Assembly: GCA_002633005.1 (NCBI GenBank)
Contig: NMRA01000632.1
Span: 145,877 to 209,876, forward strand
Direction of reading: 5' to 3'
Length of the DNA stretch: 64,000 nucleotides
Origin: Phoronis australis
Lineage: Eukaryota; Animalia; Phoronida
The notes beneath the pieces were generated by a model, which was not told the origin of the DNA, did not search any database, and saw only the letters and a list, made by a program, of their open reading frames with translations. Positions 54,901 to 64,000 of this stretch are shown piece after piece; position 1 is the first letter of the stretch; each line of letters begins with the position of its first letter. The position numbers and the translations under genes are program-made.

Positions 54901-57900
54901 CGTGGTACACTTGTGATGCGAACGAATTGTACTTTTAGGGCTGAAACCATTCACGAACTACGAAACGAGGATAATCTCCATTCGGCCAGGCATCGGTGGA
55001 AAAGGGCATTCTGGGCCTGTTTCAACTTTTCAGACATTGTGTGACGGTAGGTAGGCGAGTTTGATTTCACGATTTGAATGCTCTCGGTTTAGCTTTTTGG
55101 AGCAATGGAGGTTACACATTAGCAACAGCAGAAAAGGCAGCAGTGGTAACAACAAAAGTATAACGATAGTTATGCCGGAGGTAGCGGTGCTACGCTATCG
55201 CTGGCAGTAGCGGCATATATCAGAGTTGTGGTAGTGGTGGTGAACGTTATAGGTGTGGCGTTTGACAATAGCTACGTTCCATAATTCCGAGGTACAGGCA
55301 AAAATTCAAGATCATGCTAGACTTCGAGATTTCACCAAACATTACAACCGCGAATAAAAAACGGACGATCGCCGCACAAATAAAAAAGCTCATGTTCGTT
55401 CAACGTTTCGCCTATTCATTAGACATCATCTGGATAATTATATACAAAAGGCAGCAAGTGCTAACATGCAGGTCAGGTAACATCCATAAAGTGATGTAAG
55501 AGATACAGCTATGGTCCGCTTTTTAATCTTACTACCGGGTATGGCCAAAAACTGATTTGATTACAACCGAGGCACGTGATCATGCTACCTTTTCCGGCTA
55601 GTGTTGTAGGTCTACGAAGTGCAAACGTGGTAGTTGCGATAGTAACAGTAATGGTTAAGTGGGTTAGCGACTTAAGCGGAAGTGGTTCTATCTGTGATAG
55701 GGGTGCCATTGGAGCTAGTAACAGTAGTACATGTATGTAACGCTTGGCGCTGCCAATGTATCCTTTTGATTTCAGAACCTCTCCTCGCGCCGTTGAAAGT
55801 TGCGGTGTCCATGGAAAAAACGTGCGATTCAGAAGGAGCCTCGCCCTCTTACAACCTAAAGATAACGTGGCAGGTAAAATTACAGAGCTAAAACTTCTCA
55901 AAGTCCAGTCACCAAACATTGCGCGCTCACAGATAAAACTCCTCCATTTCTTCTATTTTAGTTAATTCTTGTCTTGCTAGTAAGTAAAGTAAGGATAGCT
56001 TAATTGAGGAATGTTAACATTTTCCTTCTCATGACGTCTGACGATCGCTCCACTTGAACACATTAGGGTGTAGTCGTATACCAAATGTATATCTTCAGAT
56101 ACATGGGCGGCGCAGCACTGAAAAAAGTGGAGGGACTAAAGCCCACCAGAACCCCCTGTGGTGCACCGCCTATAGACCATGGGCGGCTCAGCAGTGAAAA
56201 AAGGGGGCTATAGACCCCAGGCCCCTATGGTGCGCCGCCCGTGAGATACCGTGATCTTCTTTAGATTTTTATCCCTTTTTATTCCCCAGCCACCTCCACG
56301 TGAGACGCTGCAGTGTGACAGAATAGGTCACTACAGGCTTTACTGGAAACACGGAAACTTAGTCTCGTTTCAATCGTTGGACATCCCCTCCTCCAAAAAG
56401 CAGACGACACTGCGCAACATTCCGCCAACCGACACCGTTTTTATCCGCATGTCAGTTGTCAACAACGCCAATTTTGAGAGCGCTCGGTCCGACATACGGT
56501 CTGTAGAAATCGGACCTGCAGGTATAAACGTATATATACTTTATCAGAATATCTTCACACGGTACTCAAGGTGCAGGTTACTGTGGCAGTGTCTAAAGTG
56601 TATGCAGTTCATGCAAAGATATATACTTTTTGGTTTTTACCCTCTAAGTGTGTTGAATCTCGTGTAGAATATTTTGGCTGAATAAATACAAAGGAAGCGA
56701 ACTAAACGTGAGGAATTTAAGAAAATACCTCTAACTTATTACTTCTTTGTATGTAGGATCTGAAATCAAGTCTTGAATATCGTCTTTCTGAGAATCTCGA
56801 TTGGAATGTTTTGCCACCATTTCTGTTGAAGGTTTTTATAGTTTTAAACATGTGGATCTATACAAAAAGTTACACGTTTAATGTGTTTTCAAATTGTTAA
56901 CTTCAGAGCCTAGCGATGTGACTGACTTGAACGTTTTTGACAAGAAAAGCGATTCCTTTAAAGTCTCATGGGGAGAACCGGAGGTAAAGAATGGTGACGT
57001 AGTGCACTACGAAGGAACCTTACTGCACCTCTGCACAAACCAATGCCCGTGCAGCCCAGGAGCAACCAGTACTCTGAGTAACATTACATCGTTAAACGTA
57101 GACATCAACGACTTGATGCCCGACTCATTGTATAGAATATCCATTCGTGCAGTTTCAACTGGGGGTATTGGACCAGTCAGCACTGTAGAAACATCCACTG
57201 CACCCGCACGTGAGTAAACGTAATAATTATTCAGGCATGTCCTTGTTATTTTGCAAAAGCGTGTAGAAAGTTGGAAGATTAGTAGCAAATGATGTAGGTG
57301 GCACTTTTCATTTTTGCTTCAAGTGGTTTCTCCAGTTTGTGAGTCAACATGCTTATATAAGACCCGACATTCACTCGGTGGTGCCAATGAACAAAGAGTG
57401 TTCCTTTCGCCTTTCGAATAAATGGACAGTAGAAAGCTGCTCACCTTCATCATGGCGGTGACCTGAGGTGAAGAGTGTAGTGTAACGTACTTAAGTGTAA
57501 ATATTTATACCGAGAGGCAGGCAACTCGCGAAAAAGCATGGTCACTCAAGACTACGCAAAATCATGCGATTGGAAAGCGAGTGTTTCGCGAATATGTTCG
57601 TGACCTCATAAAATGGCGGCCACATAAAGTGTTTGGTCTGTGAAATTGGAATAGGGGTTTATGGGATATAAGTGTCTGTTTGCGTTCCATAAGCAAAGAT
57701 CTCTCGCATCGCGAGTGTCTTGCGTCTACTTAACACATCTCAGATAGGGCTGCTGTTTCAATGGCACCGCCTCAAAAACTTGTTCTTGTTGTAGTTGGTG
57801 TTGTCGATGCATCCTAACTTCATGCTCTCCCCGTGGAGCAGTCGTGTTATCATCTTATTTCGCATTTCAGTTCCGTCAGTCGCACCAGGCGGTGCCAATG

Positions 57901-59320
57901 TTCAGGACATCAAGTCGCTAAGAGCGCAGTTCGAATGGGAACCACTGGCTTGTGAACACCTGAACGGACCTCTTCTCCACTATAATGTTTTGGTATTTAA
58001 GGTGGAAGACGGCCATCTTGTTCAGCAACTAAAAGTGGTTCATTCGACTAGGGTTCTTCTGACAGGCCTAACGCCAAATACGGCATACACGGCGTCCGTG
58101 AGCGTGCAGAATCCGGCAGGAGTGGGGCCTGTCTCAAAGGAAATAGTATTCGTCACTGAGATTGATCGTAAGTCTAACTTCATCATACGTGTTATAATGC
58201 TATAACATTCCACCGATACCTTGAGAGATCGATATGGACAACAAATTTGCTCAGTGGATAGTGTAATTGCTTTGCAAATGACAACGTCATAAAAATCAAT
58301 TAAAATAGGCCAGAACACATTTAAAATTCCCTCTCGTGTTTTCAAGGTCTAGGTGAAGTCAAAGATATCAGGGCTGAAGCGAAGAGTTCCAAAGAAATCC
58401 AAGTCAACTGGGCCCAGCCGGATGTGACCAACGGACCGCTGAACCATTACGAAGTCACTGTACAAATCTTGTGTGTCAGTTGGTAAGGGTTAGGAGATTT
58501 TTTCTTCATTTCCGTCATCATAAATCTCAGCGGAAGGTTTTGGCATCGCGCTCACCAGTTTGTTTTAGGTGGTGACTATTGAGAGCAAAACTCGGAAATA
58601 TGACTTTCAACGTACAAGTGGGCTGGTCATTTTGTTCATGCACAGCCAGAAATAAAAATAAACTTGAAATACAAAATTACTTTCAATTTAATATGTTCGT
58701 TTTGAAAAACGACGACTTGAAAATCATTACTTGGAGTGCGTTAAGTACGTTTTATGAAGTTTCTTACTTAATGAAGGTGGCAGGAGTAGCCAATAAGTTT
58801 AGCAAAGTGAATTTTTTGTATTGCTCAACTTTTTAGAAACTTCGCGGAAATATTTTCCCCACTTTTCAAGACAACAGCTACTGAGTACCACAAAGTTCGC
58901 GTCGATGAGCAACATAACACAATCATTTATGTTGAGTTCCAAAATATCAAACAGAATTTGAAGTGTCATACCGCAACTTATGAGGTCAAGTGCGGGTTCT
59001 GGTCAACCGGATATTTAGAATTAATACATTGTTCGACCAGAATGGTTTCGAACAGAACATCATAGTTGCGTGTGGCACTAGATTAACTTAGCGAAGGATT
59101 TCTTTGTTTGGTGATTGGAGTTGAAATGCTGGTTTTTCGTTCATCATTTACTAGGTGCGAATGTTTCGATGACGGCGAATCTGTAACCACGTCCACGGAA
59201 GCAACGGGGATACTATTAGGAGGACTGAAACGCAACACGAAGTATAGACTTACGGTCATCGCCACCAACGACGCTGGGAAAGGACCTGCTCGTTATGTTG
59301 AGCACTGGACCGCTCCATGA
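39980..59320 (+). CDS. Tie/TEK (angiopoietin receptor)-like secreted ectodomain protein: SP-Ig-Ig-3xEGF-Ig-5xFN3, 995 aa, no TM or kinase
   Basis: Exons 39980-40037, 42248-42387, 46648-46816, 49261-49515, 49852-49983, 50646-50810, 52235-52381, 53307-53597, 53906-54196, 54939-55046, 55776-55873, 56290-56521, 56907-57209, 57871-58167, 58347-58482, 59155-59320 (2988 nt, all GT-AG, phases consistent). Signal peptide [20 protein letters not shown]. Tie signatures: DAGIY...[57 protein letters not shown] at 59318-59320. Confidence 0.88.
42483..44150. mobile_element. Kolobok-like non-autonomous DNA transposon in Tie-like intron 2
   Basis: TIR aggagaatgccacc / ggtggcatgctcct, flanks tcaa/ttaa; RR...YY termini with a TTAA target are Kolobok hallmarks. 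Confidence 0.7.
44560..45100 (-). mobile_element. Decayed 3' fragment of a LINE ORF2 (C-terminal CCHC region)
   Basis: Minus strand 44746-44870 reads [40 protein letters not shown] with two frameshifts and one stop, matching the ETGR...RLCxxC...EDExHF...CP motif of RTE-X/Crack-like LINEs; outer limits approximate. Confidence 0.7.
45372..45658. repeat. Long near-perfect inverted repeat (MITE-like hairpin)
   Basis: accttctcacttgaaatgagcttttctcaaataaatgatcttcgaa... pairs with ...ttcgaagatcatttatttgagaaaagctcatttcaaatgagaaggt; inner arms also complementary. Confidence 0.9.
45588..46173. other. Exact 243-bp direct duplication around an assembly N (probable haplotype join)
   Basis: 45588-45830 = 45931-46173; N at 45831. 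Confidence 0.85.
51191..51340. mobile_element. MITE family A copy
   Basis: Very similar to 4780-4930. Diverged relatives at ~3116-3240, ~23745-23808, ~47866-47985, ~60020-60135. Confidence 0.85.
56102..56243. mobile_element. Dimeric MITE (family B) with 5-bp TSD AGATA
   Basis: TIR catgggcggcgca...tgcgccgcccgtg; AGATA at 56097-56101 and 56244-56248. Confidence 0.85.
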
Positions 59321-59479
59321 AGGACTACCGGAAATGTTCCGTTAGTGGAATGATGCTCAGAGCGAATATTAGACAACGGCCTCGAATGAAGGATTACGTT
59401 GATTTCTATGTGACACAGGCAAATGAAATTTGTGCATTTTATCGTTACAATTATTGTATCTAAAAGTGATATCAACGAC

Positions 59480-59533
59480 AATAAATATTACATTTTGTAA
59501 ACAGAACCAAGTGTTTTTGCACTTTAAAATAAA
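59480..59533 (+). promoter_or_regulatory. Candidate polyadenylation signals of the Tie-like gene
   Basis: AATAAA at 59480-59485 and 59528-59533, about 160-210 nt after the stop codon. Confidence 0.5.
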
Positions 59534-60140
59534 GTTTAAGCAGGAAGAGAGTGGTTATCTCTTCCTGGTTTAAGTTAAAACTTTTGGAAAATGGTCAACG
59601 TCGACCATTAGCCTTCACATAATTTGAAAAGTGGGAAAAAATGGCGAATCGTCATCTATCGGAAATTCAGAACATCAAATTTCTTCATCTTTTTACAATG
59701 AGTCCGGGAGAACCACGCAAAAAACACTCAAGATGAAAGCAATTTTTAGGTTGAAATTCGTATTAGCCTGAATAACATTTTGGCACATTCCGGTGTCAAG
59801 TGTTTAACTATGACTTGTGCGTTTATAACATGCGATCACCGGGGGGAACACTTCTTATTTTATTTTTTTTTTTTTGGTTTTTATTTGCTTAAGCTTTTCT
59901 GGGGGAGATTTGGGTAGCTTATACGTCTAAAATAAAAAATCTGTCCAAGGAAGGCTATCTGAGTCTTTCAATGTGTATTTTGCATCGTCTGTGTACATCT
60001 TGACCGACAATATCAGGAATGCGTTCCACAGACCTAAGGCACTCGTGAGAAAAGCTAACGTAATCACGTGCTTCGATCGCAATGCATGGCGATATCTCGC
60101 AAAGTCTGGCACGATCTTCCGTTCTCGCGTCCTGCATTAA

Positions 60141-61752
60141 GGTTATCTCAAACCTTATTCACAAAAATGGCCATTTTAACAATATTTCACATGTCTAGAA
60201 AAATACCTTATCTTCATTCTCGGGGAACTTCAAATGAAGAATATATGCTGCGAAGCGAGAAAAAGAAGATTTAACATAACCACCTTGGAACCGCACGACC
60301 GCGTGGATATTTGTTTACTACTTATCCGAGGTCAAAGGTTAAAGGCTTTCAATCAAATCGAATCTCCCCCCAGGTACAGAACAGCTTCGAATACCATCAG
60401 TCTTTCATTCACAAAATCGTTATAACATTGAGTCAACGAGGTGTACTTATGGTAGAATGGTGCCGGGGAAAACAAAGACAACACTACGTAGTTTTGATCC
60501 TATAAGTGAGTTGTGCGTCTACATGTATACAACCATTGGCGATGAGCACGAATGCCACGTTCTCCTCACACCTCCATGCGAGCACCCAGCCTTTAGTATG
60601 GAGGGACTCGAATTTCTGGCGATATGGACCTTTTGCTGACAAAAAAGCGGGAGGACTAAAAAACGGGGTACTACCTTCACTGTGCGTCTGCGCCGTTCTA
60701 ATGGACTTTTGTCGGACTTTAAGTCTCTCTGGGGGGACCTTTTTGCCCACTCCGTTAAATGCCCCCACCCCCCCGAGTGCGCACATGCACCTCTGCGGTC
60801 ATGAACACATCGAGTTGTGAAAAGAGATAAATCCTCACCCTAATTCCTTCATTCAATTAATAAATTGACATTTCAATGTTTCGATCTCATGTTAACGACA
60901 TGCTTTAGCCACCGATTCGATTTGTGTTATTTATTTCTTACTTGGTTTCGTATTAGTCTCCCAACACGTACAACAATGAACTGTGACCTTTTTATATAAA
61001 AGTAGAAGACAAAGTCGCAAACAACAGAAAGAGTTAGATGGGAACGGTACGTTTTAATGATAATTAAGTTAATTACGCACTGCAAAATCAGTTGACATTG
61101 CGAGTGAATGTTGAAATAGCGAACATAGGCTTGTATAGGTTATGTGTACCGAAAACAAGTTTTCATCAAATAATCAACCGAAGACTTTATTTGCCCCAGT
61201 TTAATCGGCTTTTTCTCGACTTCGGCAAATCGACTTTATTTGAAATTAGGAACACGAGTTCTCGAAAACGGCTCGGTGGATTTCGCTGAAACTTTCCAAA
61301 TATAATATTTAGTCATCAGTCTCAAAAACGTGTTAGGATTTTTAATATAAAGGTCTATTTTTTGCGTAATGTAACAAAGACGAATACGACTTCCGTTTTT
61401 TACAAAGATACCTTACGTTTTGCGAGTTGATTTGTCATAGAAACCAAACGAAAAGACTAATCGAAAATTCCTAACAGCGTTTTTGAGATAAATGGTGAAG
61501 TTTTCATTAAAAAAGTTTCATTAAAATTGACCGAGGGGTTATTCTGCTATGAATGTACCTTTCGTAAAAAAAAAAATTTGACTTAAAAAAGGTTTTTACT
61601 TAAAAATAATAATGGTACATTAATACAAAAAGCATTTTCGTATTTCCTAGTTGGTTTTTATTTCAGAAAATATATACTTTTACTAGTTGGCAAAGCTTAG
61701 TTTTTTATATACGAGTTAGAATAGAGGCCACTTAATAAGGCTGGAGATAACC
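60141..61752. mobile_element. Kolobok-like non-autonomous DNA transposon with TTAA TSD
   Basis: TTAA at 60137-60140 and 61753-61756; TIR ggttatctcaaaccttatt / aataaggctggagataacc. Confidence 0.85.
60575..60787. mobile_element. MITE family C copy with 6-bp TSD CACCTC, nested in a TTAA element
   Basis: catgcgagcacc...gtgcgcacatg; CACCTC at 60569-60574 and 60788-60793. Confidence 0.8.
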
Positions 61753-62984
61753 TTAACCCAATGAATGTAGACTTATGAGCAATTTTTAAATCCACAAATA
61801 AACTTATCTTGTAAATCATCTCATAAAGTACAGTTTGTAATAAAATGGAATTCGTCCTCTGTTGCATCTATCAGTTTCAGTGTATTAATTATCTCTGTAA
61901 GTCAAACTCGCTAAACAATTCTGTTTAATATACGTATTCTGATTGGTGAAATACAAACATGGACTGACCTTGCACTGAAAACACTGGCTGATATTCGAAT
62001 TAAATACTGAAACAGTTCAAAGAAAGTCAGGATGTACTGATATTATAAATCTAAAATTAAATAAGGAATCAAATATGTAATATGGGCCTGTAAGTTGTTC
62101 TTTTGGATAAAAATGGAATTTTGAAGCATAGGCAATGTGTGAATTGCTATGAATTACATAACAAAATAATATTAACAAGAAAAAGCGCCTGTAAGTGGAG
62201 AACCCACCTGATCTGGTAATAACAGGCAAGAAACTTCAATGTAATATCCCCAGTTTGGGACGCAATATGGTAGACAAAGAAATCTATTTTATTAAATTTC
62301 TCAGTAAAACGAAGTTTTCAGGACATTTCAATAAAAGCGATAAGCAGTTTTTAAATTGTTTTTTTTTGTGCCGTTCGATCCACAACATCGAAAATAGCAA
62401 CTTGTGTATTGCGTATCCATTTTTGTATAGCGGTAAAATTTTCCCATCAGGATCGGGTGTGTGGCGTTCAATTTGGGCAAAACTATGAGTGGCGGGGCCA
62501 AAAAGCAGCTAAGCAGGCCGCTAATTCTTTGCACTCAGGGGAAACAGTGTCAAAGCGACCTCTACATTTTGCGTAATAAATGCAAGCATGTATTAGCGTG
62601 TCGCCTTTACTTTGTTCCGCTGACAATATGAGGCCTTTCCACCAGTCCAGTACTAATCTGTGTTTTTCTTTTTCAGTGGTATCATGAATATGTCCCGCCT
62701 GTTAGCATTACTCCGTGGAGGAAACACAGGGACATTCTAGAAGTATTGGAGACCTGTACAGAGGAGTAGCCTATATGAACGAAGCGGCAAATGTTTTAAA
62801 GGAGCAAGTGGAATAGGAGGAAGTTCCAATGTCATTCCATGGTTCTTGGGCAACGAGAAGTACACATGGTTTCGTCACCGCAAATGCAACAATTTAATTT
62901 TGTTTTCTTAACCACATTTATAAATTTGCAAAACAAAATGCAGTGAACATCATTGCAGGGTCAATGTTTTGACAACTGATTGCC

Positions 62985-63735
62985 TTCTAGTCTCCAGTCC
63001 CAATCTAAATGATCCAGGTCATTTGTTCAACCTTCGTCAGTGTCCTCAAGTTCCTCAGAAACTTGATTTAGCGGATTGTCACAATATGTCGCTAGGCACA
63101 ATGTAACTGCAACTGAGCGTACTAGGAGCTGAGGTACAGTTGCAGTGCATCATCTACAGGAATGTCCGGTGCAGAATTCATGGCAGTTATGATGGCTACG
63201 AATTGATTGTCTTCTAGTCTCCAGTACCAGTCAAAAGGATCCAGGTCATTTGCCATCTCCATCCAAACAAGGACCTGGTAGTAAACTCAAGACAATGAAG
63301 CCTGGTAAACACGTGCTCTCTCCACCAAACATTACGACCATCGCTTGGCTGATAAGTTTCTTTATCTCTGAGGGGCTCACAACTTCTGTCTGGTGGTGAG
63401 TGTGTCTGCGCAGGACTGGAGGACTTGATCATCTTTCACGAGTTTCTGAGAGACCGATTTATTTCCGACGCCATATACACAAGACGTTGAGTCGCAACCT
63501 GTGAAGGAGCTGCAGGAATAGTAGCTAGGTACACATCTTAATCCTGAGCACAGACTTCATCCAATTTATGTTGTAAACTTTCAAATTGGTTTTTGAATGT
63601 TTGTCTCATCTGAAAAATAGTGATTTCAACCACACATTAATGGAGGATAAGCATCAACAGGTCAGTGTCCTCGCCGATTACTGTAGTGGAATGTCTATTC
63701 TACTGTTTACTACTGTCTTTGCAATGTCCACACTG
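62985..63735 (-). pseudogene. Decayed Academ-like transposase fragment (XPG-like nuclease + Cys-rich C-terminus)
   Basis: Minus-strand fragments in order, broken by stops and frameshifts: VDIAKTVV, TTVIGEDTDLLMLILH, SLFFR*DK, FTGCDSTSCVYGVGNK, HCL/VYYQVLVWME, LDPFDWYWRLEDNQ, SAPD/MMHCNCT. Confidence 0.75.
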
Positions 63736-64000
63736 TTATGTTCCTGGTTTTCATTAAACTTGCAGAGCCCAAAACACAACCTTATATGGCACTGGTAGCT
63801 AGAATCATAGATTGTGTAAGACTACAAAACAATTCTCTGAAATCTGATTATGACTCATGAGCATATGATCTTTAGTTCTGACAAACAAGTTTTCAGTTGA
63901 GAGTTAGACAGCATAGTGAATAGATGTATCTTGTAGATCTCTAGAATAAACCCACGTAAAACCGTAACACAGAGTTGTGTTTGAAAGAGGTTTTCATACA

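Overview
Eukaryotic, intron-rich, AT-rich genomic DNA from what looks like an invertebrate metazoan; the Tie-like gene and repeat types suggest a marine deuterostome such as a hemichordate or echinoderm (inference). Manual splicing gives three + strand genes. (1) An SCYL2-family pseudokinase/HEAT gene: 13 phase-consistent exons at 7072-20266, 5' exons not found in the window, tentative last exon 23497-23532. (2) A complete 6-exon MRPL13 gene, 28503-35209, 200 aa. (3) A complete 16-exon Tie-receptor-like gene, 39980-59320, 995 aa: signal peptide, Ig-Ig, 3 EGF, Ig, 5 FN3, then a stop with no transmembrane or kinase domain, so apparently a dedicated secreted Tie ectodomain. Introns and intergenic DNA are dense in MITEs and non-autonomous DNA transposons, with LINE/SINE remnants and a decayed Academ-like transposase. 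Most ORFs in the supplied track are spurious or partial exons. Best leads are the soluble Tie-like protein and an SCYL2 exon with a recursive-splice-like 5' end and a GC donor. An exact 243-bp duplication at the single N looks like a haplotype join. No database searches were run; family assignments are from motif recognition.
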